Shown here: one piece after another, positions 1 to 11,278 of the stretch
Position numbering within the stretch: the first letter of the stretch is position 1
Layout: each line of letters begins with the position of its first letter
Assembly: GCA_977020255.1 (NCBI GenBank)
Contig: CDROCS010006357.1
Location: forward strand, 62,001 to 126,000
DNA from: Obrimoposthia wandeli
Taxonomy: Eukaryota
DNA length: 64,000 nt
Direction: 5' to 3'
The notes under the pieces: model-generated
Database searches by the model: none
What the model was told of the DNA's origin: nothing
What the model saw: the letters and a program-made list of their open reading frames with translations, nothing else
Position numbers and translations under genes: made by a program

Positions 1-261
1 ACACATAATGGCTAACGGAATACCCGGTAAACCCGGTCCCGTACCCACATCAATGAAATGCTCACCCTGAAGGTGAGCACTTACTACGATACTATCCATG
101 ATATGTTTTACTAACATCTCATTAGGATCGCGTACTGATGTAAGATTGTACGCTTTATTCCATTTATGAAGCAGTTCTACATAACCGACAAGCTGCTGAA
201 CTTGCAGTTCTGTGACTTGCAATTCAGTTTGTGCGATTAACTGCACTAAACGTTGTTTCAT
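1..261 (-). CDS. rsmG: 16S rRNA m7G527 methyltransferase RsmG (GidB), 5' part; runs off window start
   Basis: Not in ORF track. Manual translation from ATG at 261: [15 protein letters not shown]...[28 protein letters not shown]...[17 protein letters not shown] (WN..YNLT and SAM-binding [10 protein letters not shown] motifs); directly downstream of mnmG. Confidence 0.95.
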   Translation of the reverse strand, partial: MKQRLVQLIAQTELQVTELQVQQLVGYVELLHKWNKAYNLTSVRDPNEMLVKHIMDSIVVSAHLQGEHFIDVGTGPGLPGIPLAIMC

Positions 262-270
262 TGATTATTC

Positions 271-2160
271 CTATTCGCCTTTTTTCAGCATACCGTGCTT
301 TTTCAAGTAAACCAGCAGCAAGGAGATTGCAGCAGGGGTAATACCTGAAATACGAGAAGCCATACCAATTGTTTCTGGTTTTGCATCGTTTAATTTTGCA
401 ATGACTTCATTTGATAAGCCTTTTACGATGCTGTATTCCAACTCTAAGGGTAGCTTTGTTGTTTCATGACGCAGTGATTTTTCAACTTCGTCTTTCTGGC
501 GATCAATATAACCTTGATATTTGACCTGAGTTTCAACTTGAGCACTTGCTTGTGTATCAATATGCGCAGGTGAAAAGTCTTCAAGTTGCGTTAATAATTT
601 ATACGTTATTTCAGGGCGACGTAAAAGATCTTCGCCATTGGCTTCTCGTGTGATCGGCGTTTTAAGGATCTTATTAATTTCGTCAACATGATCCGAGTTT
701 GGGTTGATCCAAATATCTTTTAAACGCTGACGCTCTTGTTCGATATTCTCAACTTTTTGATTGAGTCGAGCCCAACGATCATCATCGACTAAACCAAATT
801 CACGACCGATTTCAGTTAAACGTAAATCAGCATTGTCTTCACGCAGCAACAAACGGTATTCCGCGCGAGACGTAAACATACGGTACGGTTCTTTGGTACC
901 CATGGTAGACAAGTCATCTATCAATACGCCCATGTAGGCTTGATCACGACGAGGGCTCCAGCCTTCTTTGCCTTGCGACTGAAGGGCTGCATTCATGCCT
1001 GCGAGTAAGCCTTGTGCAGCAGCTTCTTCGTAGCCTGTAGTACCGTTTATTTGACCAGCAAAGAATAAACCGTCGATAAATTTGGTTTCAAATGTTTGTT
1101 TTAAATCACGAGGATCAAAGAAATCATATTCAATCGCATAACCAGGCCGCATGATGGTCGCATTTTCAAAACCATCCATTGAACGCACAATTTGCATCTG
1201 GACATCAAACGGTAAACTGGTTGAAATACCGTTTGGATATAATTCGTGAGTTGTTAACCCTTCCGGTTCAATGAAGATTTGGTGACTATTTTTGTCAGCA
1301 AAACGCATGACTTTATCTTCAATTGACGGACAGTAACGCGGACCAATACCTTCAATCACGCCAGAGTACATTGGGCTGCGATCTAGATTGTTGCGAATAA
1401 TGTCGTGCGTTTTTTCGTTTGTATAGGTGATATAACACGGGATCTGACGTGGATGATCCGATGTTTTACCCATAAACGAAAAAGTCGGAATTGGGTTATC
1501 GCCATGTTGCGTTTGGAGACGACTAAAATCGACCGTGCGCGCATCGATGCGTGGTGGCGTCCCCGTTTTCAAACGATCAACACGGAAAGGTAATTCACGC
1601 AGACGTGATGCTAGTGCGATCGACGGTGGATCACCGGCACGACCGCCGCTGTAATTTTCTAATCCAATGTGGATCTTACCGCCCAAGAATGTACCAACCG
1701 TTAATACAACCGATGTTGCACGAAATTTTAAACCCATTTCCGTAACGACACCGATGACACGATCGTTCTCAACGATCAAATCATCAACACCTTGTTGAAA
1801 AAGCATTAAATTGGGTTGATTTTCAAGTGTTTCACGCACTGCCGCTTTGTAAAGTGCACGGTCTGCTTGTGCACGAGTAGCACGAACAGCTGGACCTTTT
1901 GACGAATTTAGCGTTCTAAATTGGATCCCGCCTTTGTCAGTGGCTTTTGCCATCACGCCGCCAAGGGCATCCACTTCTTTAACCAGGTGTCCTTTCCCGA
2001 TCCCGCCAATTGCTGGGTTACAAGACATTTGACCTAACGTGTCGATGTTATGCGTCAAAAGTAAGGTTTTTTGTCCCATTCTGGCTGCGGCTAATGCGGC
2101 TTCAGTGCCTGCATGACCCCCACCAACAACGATGACATCAAAATTTTCCTGGTAAAACAT
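271..2160 (-). CDS. mnmG: tRNA uridine 5-carboxymethylaminomethyl modification enzyme MnmG (GidA)
   Basis: [19 protein letters not shown]-binding motif, [37 protein letters not shown]. Likely start is ATG at 2160 (MFYQENF) rather than the upstream TTG. Canonical oriC neighbour. Confidence 0.97.
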   Translation of the reverse strand: MFYQENFDVIVVGGGHAGTEAALAAARMGQKTLLLTHNIDTLGQMSCNPAIGGIGKGHLVKEVDALGGVMAKATDKGGIQFRTLNSSKGPAVRATRAQADRALYKAAVRETLENQPNLMLFQQGVDDLIVENDRVIGVVTEMGLKFRATSVVLTVGTFLGGKIHIGLENYSGGRAGDPPSIALASRLRELPFRVDRLKTGTPPRIDARTVDFSRLQTQHGDNPIPTFSFMGKTSDHPRQIPCYITYTNEKTHDIIRNNLDRSPMYSGVIEGIGPRYCPSIEDKVMRFADKNSHQIFIEPEGLTTHELYPNGISTSLPFDVQMQIVRSMDGFENATIMRPGYAIEYDFFDPRDLKQTFETKFIDGLFFAGQINGTTGYEEAAAQGLLAGMNAALQSQGKEGWSPRRDQAYMGVLIDDLSTMGTKEPYRMFTSRAEYRLLLREDNADLRLTEIGREFGLVDDDRWARLNQKVENIEQERQRLKDIWINPNSDHVDEINKILKTPITREANGEDLLRRPEITYKLLTQLEDFSPAHIDTQASAQVETQVKYQGYIDRQKDEVEKSLRHETTKLPLELEYSIVKGLSNEVIAKLNDAKPETIGMASRISGITPAAISLLLVYLKKHGMLKKGE

Positions 2161-2255
2161 GAAACGACCTCTAGTAAGCAAAGAGCCAGTGAGTTACTAC
2201 GAGCAAAAGGGAGATTATTCTATCCTTTTTCTGATGAAGAAAGAATCTTTAGTGA

Positions 2256-2545
2256 AGATCATTTGATCAGCGAAAAACGATGTCGTTATTATATATAAGA
2301 TCTTTTTTAGAGATCCTTTATTAGATCTATTATTAGGATCGCCCGATCGTGTGGATAAGCGCTAAATGATCCTAATGATCATGGTGTTACTGTAGATCAT
2401 TAGCTGTGCAGTAGCTTTGATCATCATAAGGATTAGCTGGGATCAAAATGGCTACTTATGCACAGGGGTGGGATGTGGATAAAGTTATTCAATGGATAAC
2501 TATGGGTTGATCACCGTTTAGATCTATAGTTATCCACAGAAGAAA
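2256..2545. other. oriC: Chromosome I replication origin oriC (E. coli/Vibrio type)
   Basis: Between mnmG and mioC. 14 GATC sites counted in 2257-2524. Three AT-rich 12/13-mers: GATCTTTTTTAGA (2299), GATCCTTTATTA (2312), GATCTATTATTAG (2324). DnaA boxes TGTGGATAA 2350-2358 and 2474-2482, TTATGCACA 2456-2464, TTATCCACA 2530-2538. Confidence 0.95.
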
Positions 2546-2581
2546 GTTTAAAATTAGCCTAAAGATTGAGTACTTTTGACG

Positions 2582-3034
2582 CTATTTTTTACTACAAAGA
2601 TGTTTTTTCCACTCGTCGAACCAACTTTCAGCGGCATCTTCAGGCACAGAGTGTTGTGAAATATCGATGTCTAATCGTTCTCCAAGCTTCATGGCATGGA
2701 GAGAATTAAGTAAATTATCGATGTTAATTCCCGCCGCACAGAACGTATCGTAGCTGCTATCCCCCAATCCTATTACGCCATATTTCAGGGTTGATAAGTC
2801 TGGTTTTTGCACCATGAGTTGATTGATAAAGGGTTGGATATTGTCTGGGAAATCACCCGCACCATGTGTTGAGCAGACTAATAACCAGATAGAATCGGTA
2901 GTTAGTTCACTCAAATTCGCGTGATTGATGACTTCAGTACTATGGCCATCTTGCTCTAATAGCTCTGATAAATGGTCAGCGACGTACTCAGCGCCACCTA
3001 AGGTGCTGCCTGTGATTAAGGTTATATGGCTCAT
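2582..3034 (-). CDS. mioC: Flavodoxin-like FMN-binding protein MioC
   Basis: GSTLGGAEYVAD FMN loop, CSTHGAGDFPDN, GLGDSSYDTFC; position next to oriC. Confidence 0.95.
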   Translation of the reverse strand: MSHITLITGSTLGGAEYVADHLSELLEQDGHSTEVINHANLSELTTDSIWLLVCSTHGAGDFPDNIQPFINQLMVQKPDLSTLKYGVIGLGDSSYDTFCAAGINIDNLLNSLHAMKLGERLDIDISQHSVPEDAAESWFDEWKKHLCSKK

Positions 3035-3188
3035 ACTGTCCTCAGTATTCGAGATAATGACCTTGATTGTACTGTTTCGTGAGGGAGATAAAAAAGACTA
3101 AATGTAGGAAATTGAGCGAAGTTACTTATGGAGAAAAGCATCCACAGGGCAATAAATACCCTATGAATATGATCGGAGTATGATCGAA

Positions 3189-4556
3189 TTATTTACCAAT
3201 ACAGAAAGAAGTAAAGATCCTTCCTAGAAGATCATCGGAGGTGAATTCACCGGTGATCTCACCTAAATCTTGTTGTGCAAGACGAAGTTCTTCTGCCAAT
3301 ATTTCGCCTGCCATAAAACCTTCTAGCTGTTCTTTACCTGTTTCTAAGTGTTGAGCTGCTTGTTCCAGTGCTTCGAGGTGACGACGGCGTGCCATAAAAC
3401 CCCCTTCAGTTGTACCTGAGAAGCCCATACATTCTTTTAAATGCTCACGTAGGCTATCAACGCCTTCCCCTGTAAGGGCAGATAGACGGACAAGTGTAGG
3501 GTTGTTGACATGGCAAATTCCTGCTGCTTCACCCGTTAACTCCACTTTATTGCGAATAACGGTTAACCCCATGCTCTCTGGTAGGCGTTCAATAAAATCT
3601 GGCCAGATATCTTTTGGGTCGGTATCGTTGGTTGTGGTGCCATCAACCATGAACAGCACGCGATCTGCTTGTTGAATTTCTTTCCAAGCCCGTTCAATAC
3701 CAATGCGTTCCACTTCATCGGATGCTTCTCGTAAACCGGCGGTATCGATGATGTGCAATGGCATGCCATCGATGTGGATGTGTTCGCGTAGTACATCGCG
3801 TGTCGTGCCGGCAATATCGGTAACAATCGCGGAATCTTTGCCTGATAACGCATTCAGTAAGCTCGATTTACCTGCATTAGGGCGACCTGCGATAACTACC
3901 TTCATCCCTTCGCGAATAATTGACCCTTGGTTCGCTTCACGGCGTACAGCTTTAAGGGTATCAATGATGCCATGTAAGTCATTACTCACTTTTCCATCAG
4001 ACAAGAAGTCAATTTCTTCTTCTGGAAAGTCGATTGCGGCTTCCACATAAATACGCAGGTGAATAACGGCTTCTACTAGCTCATTCACTTTGGTTGAAAA
4101 TACTCCTTGAAGAGATTTGAAGGCACTTTTAGCGGCTTCTTCTGAGCTGGCATCAATTAAGTCTGCTATAGCCTCTGCTTGGGTTAAATCAAGCTTGTCG
4201 TTCATAAAAGCGCGTTCAGAGAACTCACCAGGGCGAGCAGGGCGAATGCCATCAAGTTTGAGAATACGACGAATCATCATATCCATCAGTACAGGGCCGC
4301 CGTGTCCTTGCAGTTCAAGAACATCTTCACCAGTGAAGGAGTTAGGACCTTTAAAAAAGAGTGCTATGCCCTGATCCAGAGCGCTGCCATCTTCATTTTT
4401 AAAAGGGAGGTATTCGGCGTAACGGGTTTTTAATTCACGACCAGCAACAGCAAGAGCAACCTCTTTAGCTTTTGGACCTGAAACGCGAATGATGCCTACA
4501 CCACCTCGACCAGGAGGTGTAGCTTGAGCAACGATGGTATCAGTATGTTCGTTCAT
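3189..4556 (-). CDS. mnmE: tRNA modification GTPase MnmE (TrmE)
   Basis: [31 protein letters not shown] (G1), DTAGLR (G3), C-terminal FCIGK. Confidence 0.97.
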   Translation of the reverse strand: MNEHTDTIVAQATPPGRGGVGIIRVSGPKAKEVALAVAGRELKTRYAEYLPFKNEDGSALDQGIALFFKGPNSFTGEDVLELQGHGGPVLMDMMIRRILKLDGIRPARPGEFSERAFMNDKLDLTQAEAIADLIDASSEEAAKSAFKSLQGVFSTKVNELVEAVIHLRIYVEAAIDFPEEEIDFLSDGKVSNDLHGIIDTLKAVRREANQGSIIREGMKVVIAGRPNAGKSSLLNALSGKDSAIVTDIAGTTRDVLREHIHIDGMPLHIIDTAGLREASDEVERIGIERAWKEIQQADRVLFMVDGTTTNDTDPKDIWPDFIERLPESMGLTVIRNKVELTGEAAGICHVNNPTLVRLSALTGEGVDSLREHLKECMGFSGTTEGGFMARRRHLEALEQAAQHLETGKEQLEGFMAGEILAEELRLAQQDLGEITGEFTSDDLLGRIFTSFCIGK

Positions 4557-4693
4557 ATCTTTGGCTTAGCTTAAAAAATTCGCAGCAATTGTAAACAGAG
4601 TCGGTAGGAAAGCCCAGTAATTGCTGACTCACCGCATAATGGCAATAGCTTTGAATATAGATGGAAAGAGGGGATTATGACCAATAGCACAAT

Positions 4694-4720
4694 AAAAAAG
4701 GCGACCCTTAGGCCGCCTTT
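4694..4720 (-). terminator. Intrinsic terminator after yidC
   Basis: Minus strand reads AAAGGCGGCCTAAGGGTCGCCTTTTTT (hairpin plus U-tract), 20 nt after the yidC stop. Confidence 0.7.
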
Positions 4721-4740
4721 CGATAACTTAGCTGGTCATG

Positions 4741-6357
4741 CTATTTAGTGTGTAGACCTTTCTTTTCCAGAGAACGATAAATTAACGTTTGCTGGAGCAA
4801 GGTAACTACGTTCGATACTAACCAGTATAGAACGAGACCGGATGGGAAAAATAGGAAGAAGAATGTGAACATAACAGGCATAAATGTCATGATCTTCTGC
4901 TGCATAGGATCCGTTACAGTTGTCGGGCTCATTTTCTGAATCATGAACATCGACACACCCATTAGCAATGGCAGGATGTAGTACGGGTCTTGTGCTGACA
5001 AGTCGTGAATCCAACCGAAGAACGGTGAGTGACGCAGTTCAACTGATTCCATCAGTGACCAGTACAATGCAATGAAAATTGGCATCTGCAATACAATTGG
5101 AAGACAGCCACCCAGTGGGTTCACTTTCTCTTTTTTGTACAGTTCCATCATTTCTTGGCTCATGCGCTGGCGGTCATCGCCTAGACGCTCACGCATTGCA
5201 GTCAGCTTAGGCTGAAGCATGCGCATTTTAGCCATTGAGGTGTACTGCGCTTTAGTTAGCGGGTACATCGCACCACGAACGATGAAAGTAAGCGTCATGA
5301 TCGCGATACCCCAGTTACCTACGATGCTCTGAATGAACGACAGTAGTTTATGTAACGGGCTTGCGATAAACCATAACCAACCGTAATCAACCGTTAGGTT
5401 TAGGTTCGCTGCAGTAGCTTCCATTTCTTTTTGTAGCTTAGGGCCAACCCAAAGTGTTGCTGTAATGGTTTGCTCTGTGCCAGCTGCAATTGTTGTGGTT
5501 GGAAGACGCACGCCGATGTAACCCAGGCCATTGCTAGCACGAGTAAATAGGTTTGATGCTTCTTCTGAACGTGGAATCCAAGCCGATACGAAGTAGTGTT
5601 GTAGCATTGCTGCCCAGCCGTTCGTCGTTGTCATGTTCAGGCTTTTATCCTGCATGTCATCGAAGCTGTACTTCTTATAGTTAGTTGTGTCAGTTGAATA
5701 TGCGCCACCACGGTACGTTGGCATCGTAAGGCTACCACCATCGTCCATCAGATTCTGACGAAGCTGCGCATACATTTGTACACTTGCTGCAGAAGCAGAT
5801 TGGTTATCAATGGTGTATTCAACATCAACGGCATAGCTGTTGCGTTTAAGTACGAATGTTTTGGTGTATGTAATGCCATCTTTTACGTATGTCATTGGTA
5901 CACGTAGTTCGTCTTGACCATCAGCCAGCGTAAAATCTTTTGCTGTTACAGCTAATTGTGCACGACCGTTAGCCGAATCAATACCATTAGCACCGATTAG
6001 ACCTGATTGCGCGATGTAGCTGAGACCAGGTTCGTCCTTAAGAAGAATGAATGGGTCGGCTGAATCTAATTCGTTATCGTAAGCTAATAACTTAGCTTCA
6101 GTAACATCACCACCTAGCGTATCGACAGAAAGAGCCAGTACATCGGTATTGATAGTGATTAAGTCTTTAGATGTTGTTTCTTGATCAGGAATTGGTTGAC
6201 CATCACCTGAATGTGAAGGGACATCACCACTATTGTTAACTTGTTGCTCTGTACCCTGGCCTTGCGGCTGTGGGTTGCTGTCCATATTCCACTGTTGAAA
6301 CAGTAGGAAAGAGACAAACAGTAGGGCAATTAACAGAATATTGCGTTGGGAATCCAT
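4741..6357 (-). CDS. yidC: Membrane protein insertase YidC
   Basis: [20 protein letters not shown]-terminal [31 protein letters not shown]. Confidence 0.97.
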   Translation of the reverse strand: MDSQRNILLIALLFVSFLLFQQWNMDSNPQPQGQGTEQQVNNSGDVPSHSGDGQPIPDQETTSKDLITINTDVLALSVDTLGGDVTEAKLLAYDNELDSADPFILLKDEPGLSYIAQSGLIGANGIDSANGRAQLAVTAKDFTLADGQDELRVPMTYVKDGITYTKTFVLKRNSYAVDVEYTIDNQSASAASVQMYAQLRQNLMDDGGSLTMPTYRGGAYSTDTTNYKKYSFDDMQDKSLNMTTTNGWAAMLQHYFVSAWIPRSEEASNLFTRASNGLGYIGVRLPTTTIAAGTEQTITATLWVGPKLQKEMEATAANLNLTVDYGWLWFIASPLHKLLSFIQSIVGNWGIAIMTLTFIVRGAMYPLTKAQYTSMAKMRMLQPKLTAMRERLGDDRQRMSQEMMELYKKEKVNPLGGCLPIVLQMPIFIALYWSLMESVELRHSPFFGWIHDLSAQDPYYILPLLMGVSMFMIQKMSPTTVTDPMQQKIMTFMPVMFTFFFLFFPSGLVLYWLVSNVVTLLQQTLIYRSLEKKGLHTK

Positions 6358-6359
6358 CG

Positions 6360-6617
6360 TTAATTATCTCTGTCGTTATGCTTGGTTGGCGGAACGGGGT
6401 CAAAACCACCGTTGTTTAAAGGGTGACATCTTAATAGACGTTTCGCCGCGAACCAACAACCTTTTACGACTCCATGCATTTTTATTGCTTCAATAGCATA
6501 TTGAGAACATGTAGGAGTAAAACGACAACGCGGTCCAAGTAGCGGACTTATTATCAGTTGGTAAAGGCGGACCAGCCGGATGGCTAGCCACGCGAAGGGC
6601 GAGACAGGCGATGCCAT
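6360..6617 (-). CDS. yidD: Membrane protein insertion efficiency factor YidD
   Basis: [23 protein letters not shown]...RLLRCHP motif; overlaps the rnpA 3' end. Confidence 0.93.
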   Translation of the reverse strand: MASPVSPFAWLAIRLVRLYQLIISPLLGPRCRFTPTCSQYAIEAIKMHGVVKGCWFAAKRLLRCHPLNNGGFDPVPPTKHNDRDN

Positions 6618-6940
6618 AATTTATCCAACAACTTAAATAACTCTTCGTTGCTCAACTCACTGGCACTTTTCTTTGCAATCACGACGAAATCGTTTGCTGG
6701 CAAATCATGTTGCTTTAAGCGGAAACTTTCTCGAACGATACGTTTGAAACGGTTTCTACCTGGGGCAGTTTTAATTTGTTTTTTGGGAACAGCAAGACCA
6801 AGACGAGGATGATTGAGGTCGTTAGGACGGGCTAGAATAGTTAAATGAGGAGAGCCAGCACGATGAGCTTGCTGGAAGACTTTTTTATAATGCTCGGGAG
6901 TTAACAAACGTAACTCCCGAGAGAAGGCTAGCTTATTCAA
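6584..6940 (-). CDS. rnpA: Ribonuclease P protein component
   Basis: [40 protein letters not shown] (RNR motif). Confidence 0.96.
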   Translation of the reverse strand: MNKLAFSRELRLLTPEHYKKVFQQAHRAGSPHLTILARPNDLNHPRLGLAVPKKQIKTAPGRNRFKRIVRESFRLKQHDLPANDFVVIAKKSASELSNEELFKLLDKLWHRLSRPSRG

Positions 6941-6952
6941 AATAATCAGAGA

Positions 6953-7087
6953 TTATTTAGAAAGGCGCTTACGGCCTTTTGCACGACGTGCATTGATTGT
7001 TGCGCGACCGTTCTTAGTTGCCATGCGAGCGCGGAAGCCGTGGCTGCGCTTGCGCTTTAGAACTGAAGGTTGAAAAGTGCGTTTCAT
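6953..7087 (-). CDS. rpmH: 50S ribosomal protein L34
   Basis: Not in ORF track. Manual translation [44 protein letters not shown] (44 aa). Confidence 0.97.
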   Translation of the reverse strand: MKRTFQPSVLKRKRSHGFRARMATKNGRATINARRAKGRKRLSK

Positions 7088-7177
7088 TGGTATTACCTTA
7101 AATTAACTGATCAGTTTTTAAGTTTGTTATTTAGTTTCGGATATAAAAATATCCTCGACCTCTAACAAAGAGGCGGA

Positions 7178-7206
7178 ATTGTAATCACTGACTGCCAAAG
7201 AGTCAA
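7178..7206 (-). promoter_or_regulatory. sigma70 promoter of the rpmH-rnpA-yidD-yidC operon
   Basis: Minus strand TTGACT-N17-TACAAT followed by a GC-rich discriminator TCCGCC, typical of ribosomal-protein promoters. Confidence 0.75.
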
Positions 7207-7239
7207 TAATTATGCCCATATTGTCGTATGGGCGGTGAA

Positions 7240-8010
7240 TTATACTTTTTGTGAGCCAGAGCGCAAGGATCCTTCGTTGATCCCGACCTGATTTAAGAAC
7301 TTTTTTAATCTTGGATCGTTTGGTGTCGTGAAGATCTGCTCTGGTTTACCTTGTTCTACGAACTCACCATCGGCCATAAAGATCACTCTATCAGCAACTT
7401 CCCGTGCAAATTGCATTTCGTGAGTAACCACTAACATGGTTTGATGACGGGTTGCTAATTTTTTCATTAATGTCAGCACTTCACCGACCCATTCAGGGTC
7501 TAAAGCAGATGTTGGCTCATCAAATAGTAATAATTCGGCTTCTAATGCCATTGCGCGCCCGATCCCCACTCGTTGCTGTTGACCCCCAGAAAGTGCGGCA
7601 GGAAAGGCATCTCCCTTATCACCGAGCCCAATATCATCAAGAATTTGCTGAGCGCGCTGGTTGGCATCGTCTTTTTTCCAGCCTTTTACGGTGATTAAGC
7701 CTTCTGCGATGTTTTGCCGCGCTGTTAAATGGGCAAACAACGCATAATTTTGAAAAACAAAGCCCGTCTTACGGCGTAACGCTAAAATATCGTTCTTTTT
7801 AGCTTGAGTTGTATCAACCGTCACGTCATCAATGGTGATTTTTCCTTGATTAGCGGTCTCTAAAAAATTAATACAGCGTAATAACGTGGATTTTCCGGTG
7901 CCTGATGGGCCAATTACCACCACAATTTCACCCTTGGTGATAGTTAAGTCCAGATCTGAAAAGATGGTGCTATCGCCAAAGCGTTTGGTGAGTTTTTTTA
8001 TATCTATCAT
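7240..8010 (-). CDS. Polar amino-acid ABC transporter ATP-binding subunit
   Basis: GPSGTGKST Walker A, LSGGQQQRV signature, LLFDEPTSALDPE Walker B, VTHEM H-loop. Confidence 0.92.
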   Translation of the reverse strand: MIDIKKLTKRFGDSTIFSDLDLTITKGEIVVVIGPSGTGKSTLLRCINFLETANQGKITIDDVTVDTTQAKKNDILALRRKTGFVFQNYALFAHLTARQNIAEGLITVKGWKKDDANQRAQQILDDIGLGDKGDAFPAALSGGQQQRVGIGRAMALEAELLLFDEPTSALDPEWVGEVLTLMKKLATRHQTMLVVTHEMQFAREVADRVIFMADGEFVEQGKPEQIFTTPNDPRLKKFLNQVGINEGSLRSGSQKV

Positions 8011-8720
8011 CGTACATACGCCTTGTTGAGTTTTGCTTCAGCCCAGTTTTGTACTTGCGTTAGCACAAGCACTAATCCCCAATAGATAAAGGCGACAGCT
8101 AAGAAAGCTTCAAAAAATTTAAAGCTGGAAGACGCTTCCATTTGTGCTTTTGCCATAATTTCAGCCACCCCAAGCGTGAAGGCGAGTGAGGTGGATTTAA
8201 TCATATCGATAAAATAATTCATTAAAGACGGTAAAGCGATGCGAGTGGCTTGCGGTAAAATAATACGGCGCATTGCCTGCATTTCTGTCATACCAATGGC
8301 AAGGCTGGCTTCCCGTTGGCTGCGATCGACCCCAATAATGGCCGCTCGAATGCTCTCTGCCATATAGGCCGCGAAGTGTAAGCTCAATCCGATAACTGCT
8401 GCACTGAAAGCATCCAAACCAATAAATATCGGAAAGACTTGAGGTAAGCCGTAATAAAGCAGGAACAATTGCACAAGCAAGGGGGTTCCGCGAAAGAAAC
8501 TGATATAAAGCTGGCTCAGTTGGTTTAATACTGGCAGTTTATAAATCCGTACTAACGCCAGTGTTATCGAGATGATGAGTGCAAACCCTAATCCCCATAC
8601 TGCCATCGATAGTGTTGTACCAAGGTACTTCATCAAGATTGGCATCAGAGAAAGCATATAATTGAAATCGAAACCCATGATGGCTACTTGTCCGTTGATT
8701 GTGGATGTTGTCAGAGACAC
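8007..8720 (-). CDS. Polar amino-acid ABC transporter permease (HisM/GlnP family)
   Basis: YISFFRGTPLLVQLF and AYMAESIRAAIIGVDRSQREA (EAA loop). The start may be the internal MGFDF. Confidence 0.92.
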   Translation of the reverse strand: MSLTTSTINGQVAIMGFDFNYMLSLMPILMKYLGTTLSMAVWGLGFALIISITLALVRIYKLPVLNQLSQLYISFFRGTPLLVQLFLLYYGLPQVFPIFIGLDAFSAAVIGLSLHFAAYMAESIRAAIIGVDRSQREASLAIGMTEMQAMRRIILPQATRIALPSLMNYFIDMIKSTSLAFTLGVAEIMAKAQMEASSSFKFFEAFLAVAFIYWGLVLVLTQVQNWAEAKLNKAYVR

Positions 8721-8784
8721 AAAGACTCACCATTGGTGAGTCTTATTAGAGATAAAATGAATCGAAGCTTAACGTCGTTACATG

Positions 8785-9540
8785 TTACTTGGTAATATCA
8801 GTATCAAACCATTTCATTGAAATGTCAGCCAATGTGCCATCGTCACGCATTGCGTTTAGCGCGGTATTGACCTCATTACGTAACTTCTCGCCTTTTTCAC
8901 CTTTTACAAAAGGCCAAGCATTTTCAATGGTCTCAAATGGTTCACCTGCTAATTCTAGTGGTAAATTCGCTTTTTTAATCAATTCAATTGAAGAAAGGCG
9001 ATCCATCACAAATGCATCGGTACGGCCTAAAGCGACATCATGCTCGATACCCGTATCGTAGGTTTTAATGTTGATTTGCGCGGCATTATCAAGTTGACGT
9101 AATAGTTGCTCGTAATTAGAGCCTAAGTTTACCCCTACTGTTTTATCTGCAAGGTCAGCTGTCGATTTAATCTCGGTATTACCTTTACGCACGACTAGTT
9201 GTGCGCCATCGATAACGTAAGGTTCAGCAAAAAGGAATTTAGCTTGGCGTTCTGGCGTTATAGTGATTTGGTTTGAAATGGTATCAATACGGCCCGTATC
9301 GAGTAAGCCAAATAAACCAGAGAAGCTGGCGGTAACGTACTCAACGTTATAACCGTTACGTTTGCCGATTTCATCCCATAAATCGACTTCAAAACCCTGA
9401 AGTTGATCCAGCTTTACAAAAGTAAAAGGGAAATAGCGTCCTGACATACCAACTTTTACATCTGTTGCCGCCATTACTGTTTGGCTTACCGCTAAAGTTA
9501 GCGCTACCGCTGTAAATGTTGTCGTTATCCAGCTTTTCAT
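8785..9540 (-). CDS. Polar amino-acid ABC transporter periplasmic binding protein (family 3; cystine-type possible)
   Basis: Signal peptide ending VMA; VGMSGRYFPF, GFEVDL, QITITPERQAKFLF. Confidence 0.9.
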   Translation of the reverse strand: MKSWITTTFTAVALTLAVSQTVMAATDVKVGMSGRYFPFTFVKLDQLQGFEVDLWDEIGKRNGYNVEYVTASFSGLFGLLDTGRIDTISNQITITPERQAKFLFAEPYVIDGAQLVVRKGNTEIKSTADLADKTVGVNLGSNYEQLLRQLDNAAQINIKTYDTGIEHDVALGRTDAFVMDRLSSIELIKKANLPLELAGEPFETIENAWPFVKGEKGEKLRNEVNTALNAMRDDGTLADISMKWFDTDITK

Positions 9541-9657
9541 CCTGTTTACTCCATGTATGGCTTACATCATTATCTATTTCTGCCATCCTACTTGGTAGGC
9601 TTTGGTTTTTTTAAATAACTTAAAGTTATTTTACATAACGTAGAGTTAGGTTTGATG

Positions 9658-9790
9658 GATCTTAGCCCAATGTTAATAGTATTGTGGGTAATATCTGGGT
9701 AAAGTGTGTTGATCTAATGATTAGTGGTGCACTTTATGTGAATAAGTCTGATCTTATTCACTGGATCTGCGATCTCTTTGCTGGTGATCC
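9658..9790 (+). promoter_or_regulatory. dnaA promoter region with DnaA boxes and clustered GATC (Dam/SeqA) sites
   Basis: TGTGAATAA 9737-9745 (reverse complement TTATTCACA) and TTATTCACT 9754-9762. Six GATC sites at 9658, 9711, 9750, 9764, 9771 and 9786. Confidence 0.7.
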
Positions 9791-9852
9791 AGAGCCAGCA
9801 GGTATAAAATCACATCCCTTTTTGTGTTTTGTTATTCAGTGTGGAGTCGAAC

Positions 9853-11277
9853 TTGTCATCTTCGCTATGGTTGCAGTGCCTTCAACGCCTTCAAGAAGAG
9901 CTACCTGCGACAGAATTCAGTATGTGGGTTCGACCCCTACAAGCTGAGTTAAACGATAATACGCTGACCCTTTTTGCACCGAATCGTTTTGTTCTTGATT
10001 GGGTAAGGGATAAGTACCTTAATAATATTAACCGTCTACTGAATGAATTCTGTGGGACGGATATACCGATCTTGCGTTTTGAAGTGGGCAGCCTACAAGT
10101 TGTTGTTCCATCTTTTCAAACCACCGCACCAGCCGCACCAGCCGTGACGTTAGCGCGAAAGCCATCACCTGCAACGCAAATATTGCAAGATGATCCGCCA
10201 TCACGCTCATGGGAACCGGCACCATCACCCGTACAGCCTGAATCGAAATCAGGTTATCGTTCGAATGTGAATCCTAAACATAATTTTAATAATTTTGTTG
10301 AAGGTAAATCGAATCAACTGGGTTTGGCTGCTTGTCGTCAAGTGTCGGATAATCCTGGCGCAGCGTATAACCCTTTGTTTCTTTATGGCGGCACGGGTTT
10401 AGGTAAAACGCACTTATTACATGCGGTTGGAAATGCGATTGCTGATCGTAAACCCAATGCGCGTGTGGTTTACATGCACTCTGAACGTTTTGTACAAGAT
10501 ATGGTGAAAGCCCTGCAAAATAACGCCATTGAAGAATTTAAGCGTTATTACCGCAGTGTCGATGCATTATTGATTGATGACATTCAATTCTTTGCTAATA
10601 AAGAACGTTCACAAGAAGAATTTTTTCATACCTTTAATGCCTTGCTTGAAGGTAACCAACAGATCATTTTGACCTCCGATCGCTACCCTCGAGAAATTAA
10701 CGGAGTAGAAGACCGTTTGAAGTCTCGTTTTGGTTGGGGATTAACTGTTGCGATTGAGCCACCAGAGTTAGAAACTCGGGTCGCGATCTTAATGAAGAAA
10801 GCAGAGAATCATAATATTCGACTGCCCGATGAAGTTGCGTTCTTTATTGCTAAGCGTTTACGTTCAAACGTACGTGAGCTTGAAGGCGCATTGAATCGTG
10901 TTATCGCCAATGCCAACTTCACGGGACGCTCAATTACGATAGATTTTGTGCGTGAAGCCTTACGTGATTTGCTCGCGCTGCAAGAAAAGCTTGTTACCAT
11001 TGATAATATTCAGAAGACTGTTGCTGAATACTATAAAATAAAGATGTCTGACATGCTGTCGAAGCGTCGTTCACGTTCAGTGGCTCGACCGCGTCAAATG
11101 GCGATGGCACTGGCGAAAGAATTAACAAACCACAGTCTTCCTGAAATTGGTGATGCTTTTGGTGGTCGAGATCACACCACCGTCTTACATGCTTGCCGAA
11201 AAATAGTGCAGTTGCGTGAAGAAAGCCACGATATAAAAGAAGATTATTCAAACCTAATAAGAACATTATCGACCTGA
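9853..11277 (+). CDS. dnaA: Chromosomal replication initiator DnaA
   Basis: [17 protein letters not shown] Walker A, LLIDDIQF Walker B, C-terminal [12 protein letters not shown]. Probable start is TTG at 9853 after GGAG (MSSSLWLQC, Vibrio-type N-terminus). Confidence 0.98.
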   Translation: MSSSLWLQCLQRLQEELPATEFSMWVRPLQAELNDNTLTLFAPNRFVLDWVRDKYLNNINRLLNEFCGTDIPILRFEVGSLQVVVPSFQTTAPAAPAVTLARKPSPATQILQDDPPSRSWEPAPSPVQPESKSGYRSNVNPKHNFNNFVEGKSNQLGLAACRQVSDNPGAAYNPLFLYGGTGLGKTHLLHAVGNAIADRKPNARVVYMHSERFVQDMVKALQNNAIEEFKRYYRSVDALLIDDIQFFANKERSQEEFFHTFNALLEGNQQIILTSDRYPREINGVEDRLKSRFGWGLTVAIEPPELETRVAILMKKAENHNIRLPDEVAFFIAKRLRSNVRELEGALNRVIANANFTGRSITIDFVREALRDLLALQEKLVTIDNIQKTVAEYYKIKMSDMLSKRRSRSVARPRQMAMALAKELTNHSLPEIGDAFGGRDHTTVLHACRKIVQLREESHDIKEDYSNLIRTLST

Positions 11278-11278
11278 T

